From: a virus | Lineage: Duplodnaviria; Caudoviricetes | IMG/VR virus record: IMGVR_UViG_3300011335_000500 | Location: 1 to 33,881 of that record | Reading direction: 5' to 3' (one strand) | Length of the DNA: 33,881 nucleotides | Part shown: one piece after another, positions 9,372-16,774 of the stretch | Layout of the letters: every line of letters begins with the position of its first letter | Position numbering within the stretch: position 1 is the stretch's first letter | The notes under the pieces: generated by a model | Told to the model about the DNA's origin: nothing | The model's database searches: none | What the model saw: the letters and a program-made list of their open reading frames with translations, nothing else | Made by a program: the position numbers and the translations under genes

Positions 9372-10757
9372 ATGGCTCTTAATGTTGCAAATTTTTCTAC
9401 ACGACTAGGCGCGTTGTTTGGATACGCAAACACGATAGCCACTCAAGCTTCGCCTTTGTATGTTGCAAATTTAAGTTCAGTTTTAACAACGTTTGATGGC
9501 ACAAATTACCGTAACAGCGTTGGAAACCTAGCCGATTTTTCAAACAATCAAATGGGCTTGCCAGCCACAATCGGGGTAATTGCGTACCAAAACATTTTGG
9601 AAAGCATAAATTCGTTTGTTATTGATGCCATCCGCCAAGAAGAATCTGTTTTTGATGGAACTATGGTCACCGCTTTAAAACGACTGCAATCGGTAATGAC
9701 TACCAATTCCAAGTCTTTTGCAGCCGTAGGAACATCGTCTTTGACTTACACGGCTGGAAGCGGAAATCAAGGTAGCGGCACAATTCTAGCGCGCGCATAT
9801 AGACCGGCATCGTCATCAATTTTTTTACAGGAAATGTTTACCGAAACGCTCAATGGAAGCTGTATTGTGGGCGGCAACGTTTCAAACTTTGGTGCGGCAA
9901 CCTTTTCAATTTCGGGTCTTGGTGCGGTTCCGCAATCCAATACTGTGTACCCAACGGGTGTAGGAACCAGCCCAAGCGCAGGTTCAGGTGTACGAACAAA
10001 CATCACTTGCACAAGCGCAAGCCTAACTTCCTCATTGGGAACGCCGGGCTTTTCGTTGTTAAGCAACGGCGACTTTGAATCATGGAGCGCAACCAATACG
10101 CCTACAAATTGGGAAATAGTTACAGGCACGGCAGGCACACAAATTACGCGCGGATCCGTGGCGGCGCGCGGAACTTACGCTTTGCAGTTTGTGGGTGACG
10201 GCACAACGCTAACGCGGGTGCGCCAACAAATTGCAAGCGCAAACGGCGCGCCGGCAAGTGTCAGCGCGGAAACAAATTATTCAATTATGTTCATGGCTAA
10301 GATTAGCGCGGCGGCTACCGGAACTGTATTGGTTGCGTTGCGCGATTCTTCCGGCAATGTCGTTGGATCAGCAATTACGCTTAATCTTGCATCCCTTACA
10401 ACGTCTTATGTAATTCAATCCACATCGTTTAGTGTGGCGCGCGGATCGCTCCCAACAACCTTGTACCTTGACATTTACAGCACAACGGCAATTCAATCCG
10501 CCAAAACGCTAATGATTGACGAATTGATTTTTTCGCCAATGACACCGCTTTACGCTGGCGGCCCTAGCGTCACGGCTTACAGCGGATCAACCGATTGGAA
10601 TGCAGATGACACTTTCAAAATTGCGGTAGTGAGCGACTCGACAACTACCGGCAAGTTTATGAAATCGTTTGCAAGATGGTGCAAGACGGAATCGTTAGGC
10701 ATATTTTTACCGGTAAGCGCATCACCAACCGAAGCCGACGCGTTAGTCACCGTTTAA
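9372..10757 (+). CDS. Virion structural protein with a CBM4/9-like domain; paralog of 628-1911
   Basis: 461 aa; LLSNGDFESW..PTNW, RGTYALQF, IDELIF motifs; AGGA RBS. Confidence 0.7.
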   Translation: MALNVANFSTRLGALFGYANTIATQASPLYVANLSSVLTTFDGTNYRNSVGNLADFSNNQMGLPATIGVIAYQNILESINSFVIDAIRQEESVFDGTMVTALKRLQSVMTTNSKSFAAVGTSSLTYTAGSGNQGSGTILARAYRPASSSIFLQEMFTETLNGSCIVGGNVSNFGAATFSISGLGAVPQSNTVYPTGVGTSPSAGSGVRTNITCTSASLTSSLGTPGFSLLSNGDFESWSATNTPTNWEIVTGTAGTQITRGSVAARGTYALQFVGDGTTLTRVRQQIASANGAPASVSAETNYSIMFMAKISAAATGTVLVALRDSSGNVVGSAITLNLASLTTSYVIQSTSFSVARGSLPTTLYLDIYSTTAIQSAKTLMIDELIFSPMTPLYAGGPSVTAYSGSTDWNADDTFKIAVVSDSTTTGKFMKSFARWCKTESLGIFLPVSASPTEADALVTV

Positions 10758-11098
10758 CGTTTTTGGTTGCGCTTGCGATGGCATTTGCGTTTCCCGCGCA
10801 ATGGGTCGTCATCCGTTCCGCGCCTGTTTGGCAAGCAATGAACCACCAAAAGAATGTTGCGAAACTCGTCAGCAAATAGGCAATCCCCAAACCGCGTCAA
10901 TTCCAAGGCTGTGCGTATTCCCTCAAGCACTTCTTTTAAATCGCCAGCCACATCATTTATTGCGTATTTGCATTGCAGCGTTTCAATTGCATTTTCAAGC
11001 AATCGAACGTGGCTAGGCGGTTGCTTAATTGTCGGAAGCGTCCTTGATTCCATTATGCGAAGCGTACCAACAAAAAAGCTCGCCATGCTTTTCAACAT
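10754..11098 (-). CDS. Hypothetical protein (start uncertain)
   Basis: Last ORF of the leftward operon; its stop overlaps the stop of the convergent gene (TTAA). Confidence 0.5.
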   Translation of the reverse strand: MLKSMASFFVGTLRIMESRTLPTIKQPPSHVRLLENAIETLQCKYAINDVAGDLKEVLEGIRTALELTRFGDCLFADEFRNILLVVHCLPNRRGTDDDPLRGKRKCHRKRNQKR

Positions 11099-11160
11099 GA
11101 CGAGCCACTAGGTTGCACCTACGCAGCGTTTCGGGGGCGAACCGCGCCGGCGCAATTGTT

Positions 11161-11424
11161 TTAATGTCGTCTAATCCAGCGGTTGTTGTTGACATACTCT
11201 AGCACAATTTTAAAAATGGTTGCGCCGTATCGGTCATACACAAGGGCAACTTCAAAGGCTTCCGCGCCTTCCTTACGGCGCAGCCTGCCACACAAATTCT
11301 TGATGCCTTCAATAGATTTAAAATCTGAAATGCGTACAATTTTGGTGTGGCTTAATCCATTTTTGACATACCGAACATGAGCAAACGGTGTCTTAATCAA
11401 TCCCTTGTTGGTTTCTGTGTTCAT
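11161..11424 (-). CDS. Hypothetical protein (87 aa, MNTETNK...)
   Basis: ATGA coupling to the lysozyme gene at 11421-11424; the longer start at 11679 is unlikely. Confidence 0.6.
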   Translation of the reverse strand: MNTETNKGLIKTPFAHVRYVKNGLSHTKIVRISDFKSIEGIKNLCGRLRRKEGAEAFEVALVYDRYGATIFKIVLEYVNNNRWIRRH

Positions 11425-11849
11425 GTATTTTTGCCTGTATCGGTTAAAACCCTTTGAACTTTTAGCCAATACTTCAGCGTTGCCGGCTTTAGATAACCAC
11501 GCGGCCCGCCGTTGTGAATTCGCGCCAACATTTCCAAAGTAACAGTTCCACGCTTGGGTGCATATCGGGCTAGGTACGCGCGCACCACAAATTCCGCATA
11601 CTTGGGATCCTTGCAATCCTGATAGCAACCACCGATTGAAGGAACGTATGCAATGCTGTCCCGCCAATAGGATTCCCAAATCTGAAAGGCTCCAAGGGCT
11701 TTTCCTTGATCGCCTATTGCGTTGGAATCACCGTTGCTTTCAACTTGCTTTATGGCAGCAAGCAATCGCACCATGTCAGATTCCGGCACTTGTGCAAACG
11801 CGCTGGTTGCCGCTGTTAGGGATAAAACTAAAGGTATTAAGTGTTTCAT
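11421..11849 (-). CDS. Secreted lysozyme-like / lytic transglycosylase (i-type/SLT-like fold)
   Basis: Signal peptide MKHLIPLVLSLTAATSAFA; AIKQVESNG (catalytic E), GAFQI..SYW, ARIHNGGP, YWLKV. Confidence 0.85.
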   Translation of the reverse strand: MKHLIPLVLSLTAATSAFAQVPESDMVRLLAAIKQVESNGDSNAIGDQGKALGAFQIWESYWRDSIAYVPSIGGCYQDCKDPKYAEFVVRAYLARYAPKRGTVTLEMLARIHNGGPRGYLKPATLKYWLKVQRVLTDTGKNT

Positions 11850-12187
11850 GCTGTCCTAAAAAGGTTGTGCGCGTGTTGCTTGCTTGACAGTTCATTTGAT
11901 GCCGCTTGAAAAGTGTGAAACAGTTCAAATTGCAAATCGCCCTGTACCCTTGAAATGACTGCTCCGCCCTCGCACTCACGCAACTTTGTGCGATCCTCAA
12001 AGCTCAACTTCACATAGGCATTTTCACAGGCTTTTGCGTTGGTGCAACCGTATCCCATCGGATGTAATCCGCAAGCGTCATCGGCTTCCACTAAAAGAAG
12101 CAAATCGCACACTTCATCGTTATTGTAAAACTCAAAGGTTTCCCAACCCGCTTCTAGCACGATTTCAAAATAGGCTTCTAGGTTCAT
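11846..12187 (-). CDS. Hypothetical acidic, Cys-containing protein
   Basis: 113 aa; ATGA coupling on both sides. Confidence 0.65.
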   Translation of the reverse strand: MNLEAYFEIVLEAGWETFEFYNNDEVCDLLLLVEADDACGLHPMGYGCTNAKACENAYVKLSFEDRTKLRECEGGAVISRVQGDLQFELFHTFQAASNELSSKQHAHNLFRTA

Positions 12188-12513
12188 TGTTGGCGATCCT
12201 CTAAGACTTTGCGCGCGCGCTGTAGGTCAGCAATTAAGTCGGACGAATCGGCTTCGCTAGCCGCCTCAAAAATTGAGCGTCCAACCTTGCGCTTGTGCGC
12301 CCCGCTGGGCGTAGCCATATTGTCCATGACCATAGCCCCACCAAATTCCAACGCCTCTATCGCTCCGCCAAATTCATACATAACAATATCGGCTCCAATG
12401 TCGCCGCCTTCGGCTAGCTCAAGCCTTGCAGCGCGTTCACGACCGCCTGTAACCAAATCGCCGGCTTTGCCATTGCAATTCTGTGAGTAAATAAATACGA
12501 TGAATTTTGCCAT
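12184..12513 (-). CDS. Hypothetical protein, first gene of the leftward operon
   Basis: 109 aa; AGGAAAGG RBS upstream. Confidence 0.7.
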   Translation of the reverse strand: MAKFIVFIYSQNCNGKAGDLVTGGRERAARLELAEGGDIGADIVMYEFGGAIEALEFGGAMVMDNMATPSGAHKRKVGRSIFEAASEADSSDLIADLQRARKVLEDRQQ

Positions 12514-12578
12514 TTGTGGCCTTTCCTAGTAGATCCGGCAAACCCAGCCGTTGGGAGTCATCGCCCGATGACATAAGT

Positions 12579-12606
12579 AAGATAACCGCATATCGGTAAT
12601 GTGCAA
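12579..12606 (-). promoter_or_regulatory. Leftward sigma70-like promoter TTGCAC-N16-TATCTT
   Basis: In the AT-rich divergent intergenic region; the spacer contains CCGATA and the inverted repeat ACCG-N5-CGGT. Confidence 0.6.
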
Positions 12607-12657
12607 GCGATTCTTTAACATTTTCTAGATTTTTTTAATATTTATTAAAGAAAGCCC

Positions 12658-12686
12658 TTGCAATAGCCGATAGATGTGTTAGTAAT
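12658..12686 (+). promoter_or_regulatory. Rightward sigma70-like promoter TTGCAA-N17-AGTAAT
   Basis: Mirrors the leftward promoter (CTTGCA...CCGATA); AT-rich upstream element. Confidence 0.55.
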
Positions 12687-12730
12687 GTACCATGCTTCGG
12701 GCGAAGCAAGCGACTAGCCGCGCCGCTAGA

Positions 12731-12750
12731 AACTAGGAGTATTGCCATGA
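12731..12750 (+). repeat. 20-bp translation-start repeat AACTAGGAGTATTGCCATGA, copy 1
   Basis: 19/20 identical to 13291-13310. Confidence 0.9.
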
Positions 12751-13214
12751 TGGACGATCAAGAAATAATTTCAAGACTAACCATAAAAAAAATGAATGTT
12801 GCTTTAAATTTATCGCGCGAAACGACAGCGTTTACGGCAGACATTTATTACGAAGGCGAAAAAGTTGGCTCTGCGGAAAATGACGGAAACGGCGGCGCAA
12901 CAAATGTATGGATTGATCAAGAAAAAAGCATTTGGTTTGATACGGGAGATCCATATATTTTAAGCGATTTAATTGAACGTTGGATTACATTAAAAGCCGC
13001 AGCCGCCGAAGATATTAAGCGCAACCAAAGAGCAACCAATGCAACAAACAAATGGATTTCTAGTTGTTTAAAAAAGGGAATGTTTGTTTACAAAACAGAA
13101 ACGCATTTGTGTTGCGCCAGCACTAAAAATTTGACAAGGGATACCGCCGTGGAAATTGTTCACCGAAGCCATCCAAAGGCTACAGATTTTGTATTTCCCG
13201 CAAAGTTTATTTGA
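12747..13214 (+). CDS. Hypothetical early protein
   Basis: 155 aa; strong AGGAG RBS; SRETTAFTADIY...AENDGNGG motif; AT-rich. Confidence 0.8.
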   Translation: MMDDQEIISRLTIKKMNVALNLSRETTAFTADIYYEGEKVGSAENDGNGGATNVWIDQEKSIWFDTGDPYILSDLIERWITLKAAAAEDIKRNQRATNATNKWISSCLKKGMFVYKTETHLCCASTKNLTRDTAVEIVHRSHPKATDFVFPAKFI

Positions 13215-13228
13215 CGATCTACAACTTT

Positions 13229-13253
13229 CCACCCTTGCGAGGGTGGTTTGTTC
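13229..13253 (+). terminator. Probable intrinsic terminator
   Basis: CCACCCT-TGCG-AGGGTGG followed by TTTGTTC. Confidence 0.55.
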
Positions 13254-13290
13254 TTGCTCGTCGCAATGATCGCGCCCGCCGATTGCGGGT

Positions 13291-13310
13291 AACTAGGAGT
13301 ATTGACATGA
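13291..13310 (+). repeat. 20-bp translation-start repeat AACTAGGAGTATTGACATGA, copy 2
   Basis: 19/20 identical to 12731-12750. Confidence 0.9.
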
Positions 13311-14335
13311 ATGATTTAGAGAAAAAGAATGGAATGGCAGCAGCCATCGAACAAGTAGTAATTGGGGGCGATTTGTCGCGTTTGTCGTCGGAACAGCGTG
13401 TTTCGTATGTAAACAGCATTTGCACTTCGCTGGGCTTGAATCCAACGACTAGACCGTTTGAGTACATAACTCTGTCCGGCAAACTTACTTTGTACGCAAC
13501 GCGCGCTTGCAGCGAGCAGTTACGCAAACTCAACGGCGTAACGATCTTTCCGCTAGATCGTTCCATGATGACGGAAGTAGGGTTGTATCAAGTGATCGCT
13601 AGGGGCAAGGACGCTACAGGTCGAGAAGATGAATCAAGCGGCGTGGTAACCATTGCCGGCTTGAAGGGCGAAATGCTCGCCAACGCAATGCTGAAGTGTG
13701 AAACCAAAGCAAAGCGTAGATTGACGCTTTCAATCTGTGGCCTTGGATTCTTAGATGAAACGGAAGTTTCTGACATTCCAAGCGCAAGACATGAGCCAAG
13801 CAATTACGCTGCAACCGCGCCGCAAGCGGTCATTAACGCCACCAAAAGAGTGGAGCAGGAACAGCCAAAAATCGCTGCGCCTGTTGGAATCGTTAATGAA
13901 CCGAAGCGGGCGGTTGCGGCTAAATTTGTGGAATCGTCAGCGGTTGAAACACCGCAAGCAAAGCAGCCCGAAGGTTTCAAGTACAAGTGCGAGCGAATGC
14001 CCAAGGACGTTGTATTGCAACTTGGGGCGGCGACCGTAGTCAAGATTGGAACCGGAAAGCCAACCAAAACCGGCGGCTCACGCGTTCCTATTTTGTTTGA
14101 CCGCAATGGCGATGAATTTTGGGTAGGAACTTTTGACCAAGGGCTTGTTTCCGCTTGCGCTTCCTGCCAAGAAAACGAAATGCGCGTGGAATTGCTTGTG
14201 CAGCCCAATGAAAAATACGGTTCGACTTTGTACGGCGTCCGTGAGTATTTCAGCGATGACGCGCAGGTTGATATCGAAGAACCCGAAATGGTTGTGGCCG
14301 CAGCCCCAATTGATTTAAACGATATTCCATTTTAA
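13307..14335 (+). CDS. Single-strand annealing recombinase (RecT/Redbeta-like) with an SSB-like C-terminal tail
   Basis: GLNP...KLTLY, NAMLKCETKAKRRLTLSICGLG.LDETE; ends DLNDIPF; AGGAG RBS before ATG 13307. Confidence 0.75.
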   Translation: MNDLEKKNGMAAAIEQVVIGGDLSRLSSEQRVSYVNSICTSLGLNPTTRPFEYITLSGKLTLYATRACSEQLRKLNGVTIFPLDRSMMTEVGLYQVIARGKDATGREDESSGVVTIAGLKGEMLANAMLKCETKAKRRLTLSICGLGFLDETEVSDIPSARHEPSNYAATAPQAVINATKRVEQEQPKIAAPVGIVNEPKRAVAAKFVESSAVETPQAKQPEGFKYKCERMPKDVVLQLGAATVVKIGTGKPTKTGGSRVPILFDRNGDEFWVGTFDQGLVSACASCQENEMRVELLVQPNEKYGSTLYGVREYFSDDAQVDIEEPEMVVAAAPIDLNDIPF

Positions 14336-14344
14336 TTAAACACA

Positions 14345-14382
14345 GGGGTTGGCGGCTATCTTCGACGGATGCCGCCGACCCC
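14345..14382 (+). other. Strong intergenic hairpin (terminator or processing site)
   Basis: GGGGTTGGCGGC...GCCGCCGACCCC 12-bp stem with only a weak U tract. Confidence 0.55.
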
Positions 14383-14403
14383 GCTCTTTACAAGGAAAAA
14401 CAA

Positions 14404-14925
14404 ATGACAGAATTACAGCGAGTTTATAAGGCGAGCCAAGCGGCTCAACAGTTGGAAGCGTTGCTATTAAGCACAGAAGAATCCGGCGGTGATGCAACCT
14501 TGCTCATGGGCCAAATTGATGTTTTGGCATCAATGGCAAAGGAGTTAGGGCCGTGTTGCGATGACCTGCTTTCAATAGCCGGTGAAATCACAATGCGAGC
14601 TAGTACGCGCAAACAGGAAGCGGCGCGCTTGACTGCGTTGGCAAAGCGTGATGAAGCAATGGTTGCGTTTATGAAGCAACAAGTTATGCGTGTCATGCAA
14701 GAATCCGATGTTGACCGCATGGAAACACCGTTACATAAGTTGAGCATTGCGAGCGCGGGCGGGAAGCAATCAATGGAGCTGGTTGGCGAAGTGCCGCCGG
14801 AATTTACAATGACAGTCACGGAAATAGTGCCTAACAAGGAATTGATTCGCTCAAAGCTGGAAGCCGGCGAACAACTTAACTTTGCGCTTTTGCATCCCCG
14901 TACCCAAACTTTAAGGATTTCATAA
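14404..14925 (+). CDS. Siphovirus Gp157-family protein
   Basis: Coiled coil EAARLTALAKR; C-terminal VPPEF...PNKELIRSKLEAG...LRI; adjacent to the annealing protein. Confidence 0.8.
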   Translation: MTELQRVYKASQAAQQLEALLLSTEESGGDATLLMGQIDVLASMAKELGPCCDDLLSIAGEITMRASTRKQEAARLTALAKRDEAMVAFMKQQVMRVMQESDVDRMETPLHKLSIASAGGKQSMELVGEVPPEFTMTVTEIVPNKELIRSKLEAGEQLNFALLHPRTQTLRIS

Positions 14926-15230
14926 TGTATTCAGTTGAGCTAGTTCAAGCAGCGATTCAACAATGTTTAGCCCGCCGTGGATTTAACTATCCACGGCACA
15001 ACGAAAGGGGCAAGGACAGCAACACCGCGCGAATGCTTGCCTTTGATGCGATGTTTGCTTTGACAGGCGGAAGCGTCACAGGCAGCGCGGTGAACGTGAA
15101 CGCATCCACAGCCAGCGGCAAGGCGTTGTTAGAGCGCACAACCACGGCGTACAGGAACAAGGACGAACGCAACATTTGGATCGCTGAAGTTCGGTCGCAA
15201 GTTCAACAAAATATTGAAACAGCAAAATGA
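14925..15230 (+). CDS. Hypothetical protein (possible small DNA-binding protein)
   Basis: 101 aa; TAATG and ATGA couplings. Confidence 0.6.
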   Translation: MYSVELVQAAIQQCLARRGFNYPRHNERGKDSNTARMLAFDAMFALTGGSVTGSAVNVNASTASGKALLERTTTAYRNKDERNIWIAEVRSQVQQNIETAK

Positions 15231-16342
15231 ATTACCTATCCGTGTGCAGCGGTATTGAAGCCGCAAGCGTTGCGTGGCATCCTTTAGGTTGGAAATGCGT
15301 TGGCGTTTCTGAAATAGAGCCTTTCCCTTGCGCCGTGTTGAATCATCACTATCCCACAGTTCCCAATTTTGGGGACATGACAAAATTTAAAGAATGGAAA
15401 ATAAATGGAACAGTTGACCTTTTGGCCGGAGGAACTCCCTGCCAATCTTTTAGCGTTGCAGGATTGCGGCAAGGCCTCAAAGACCCACGCGGAAACCTCA
15501 TGCTCACTTTTCTTGCAATCGCTGAACATTTCAAACCCAAATGGATCTTGTGGGAAAATGTCCCCGGTGTCTTGTCATCAAACAGCGGAAAAGATTTTGG
15601 TTGCTTCCTTGGAGGGTTGGGGGAATTGGGGTATGGGTTCGCCTACCGAGTTCTTGACGCTCAATGGTGCAGAACACACCGGCATCCAAGAGCCGTGCCG
15701 CAGCGTCGAAGGCGTGTGTTCGTTGTCGGATGTCTTGGAGATTTTACAAGTGCCGCAAAGGTTTTATTTGAGCGCGAAAGCCTGTCAAGGTATTCTGCGC
15801 CGCGCCGAGCGACGAGGGAAGGAACTGCCGACAATTTTGAGGAAGGCGTTGGAGGCGGTGGCAAAATAGTTGCCGATGTTGCAACAGTAGATGCAAGGAA
15901 TAATTTTGATCGTGGGGATAGTCAGCATTTAGACAGACTGATTCCGTGCTGGTGGGATGGCGACAACACGGCCAGCACTTTGACAAAATCAAATGCCAAT
16001 GGAGCGCAACGGATGCCTGACAAAGATAATTTTGGGGCGGTGTTGCAGCCTGTGGCAATGGCCGCGTTTACAAAGTCGAAGCGAGCGCAAAGCAAAACAG
16101 ATAACGAAACATGGGTTGAAGGTGTAGTTGCGCCAACAATGCAAGTGCGCCGCTTGACTCCAACCGAATGCGAACGCTTGCAAGGCTTTCCCGATGGTTG
16201 GACGGCGATACCGTGGAAGAAGAAGCCAGCGCAGGGCTGTCCCGATGGGCCGCGATACAAGGCTCTAGGCAACTCAATGGCGGTCAACTGCATGGAGTGG
16301 CTAGGCGAACGAATACAAGCGGTGGAGAGCGGGACGCTATGA
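15227..16342 (+). CDS. C5-cytosine DNA methyltransferase
   Basis: Motif I SVCSGIEA, IV GGTPCQSFS, VI WENVPG, VIII PQRRRRVF, IX RRLTPTECERLQGFPD, X YKALGNS. Confidence 0.95.
   Translation: MNYLSVCSGIEAASVAWHPLGWKCVGVSEIEPFPCAVLNHHYPTVPNFGDMTKFKEWKINGTVDLLAGGTPCQSFSVAGLRQGLKDPRGNLMLTFLAIAEHFKPKWILWENVPGVLSSNSGKDFGCFLGGLGELGYGFAYRVLDAQWCRTHRHPRAVPQRRRRVFVVGCLGDFTSAAKVLFERESLSRYSAPRRATREGTADNFEEGVGGGGKIVADVATVDARNNFDRGDSQHLDRLIPCWWDGDNTASTLTKSNANGAQRMPDKDNFGAVLQPVAMAAFTKSKRAQSKTDNETWVEGVVAPTMQVRRLTPTECERLQGFPDGWTAIPWKKKPAQGCPDGPRYKALGNSMAVNCMEWLGERIQAVESGTL
15405..15869 (+). CDS. Nested alternative-frame ORF, putative methyltransferase beta-type subunit
   Basis: 154-aa +1-frame ORF ending SLSDVLE..VPQRFYLSAKACQGILRRAERRGK; arrangement as in M.EcoHK31I alpha/beta. 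Confidence 0.65.
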   Translation: MEQLTFWPEELPANLLALQDCGKASKTHAETSCSLFLQSLNISNPNGSCGKMSPVSCHQTAEKILVASLEGWGNWGMGSPTEFLTLNGAEHTGIQEPCRSVEGVCSLSDVLEILQVPQRFYLSAKACQGILRRAERRGKELPTILRKALEAVAK

Positions 16343-16665
16343 CCGCAACCCAAAAGCAACATTATTTCCTGCGCCGGCAAGATGATGAAATTTTGATGGG
16401 TCGCAAGGGCTATTGGTTGCTTGCGCGCGATCACGATGATGTTCACTTGTGTTTGCAGTTCCTAGGAATTAATGGCTTTGAGGGCGACCAAATTCTTGTA
16501 AAGGAATTTGAAGTGGCTAAGGAATCAATAACGGAATATGACTGTGCTACGCAGGAAATTAAAACTTATGATCGGATGACGTTCACCATCATCACGGAAG
16601 CCGGCACAAAGTTTGTCGGCGTGTTGGTCGGCCATGTGGTGGGCAGATCGCGCAGGGACTACTAG
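16339..16665 (+). CDS. Hypothetical protein (108 aa, MTATQKQ...)
   Basis: ATGA overlap with the MTase stop. Confidence 0.65.
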   Translation: MTATQKQHYFLRRQDDEILMGRKGYWLLARDHDDVHLCLQFLGINGFEGDQILVKEFEVAKESITEYDCATQEIKTYDRMTFTIITEAGTKFVGVLVGHVVGRSRRDY

Positions 16666-16666
16666 A

Positions 16667-16695
16667 TTGCGTTCAAGAAAAACGATAGGTACTAT
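16667..16695 (+). promoter_or_regulatory. Sigma70-like promoter TTGCGT-N17-TACTAT
   Basis: In the intergenic gap before the replication initiator; the spacer contains CGATA. Confidence 0.5.
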
Positions 16696-16774
16696 AGAAA
16701 GCGAAACAGCCCAAGCGTGTTACTTGAGCCGTTTCTAAACCCGTTAGCGGTGCAAAGCCGCAGAGGATTGTCAG

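Noticed and set aside
13211-13306. Extended N-termini given by the ORF track (13211, also 16168, 18076, 18645, 19974, 21185, 11679)
   Set aside because: Downstream ATGs have a better RBS or stop-start coupling, and the extensions overlap other genes or a terminator
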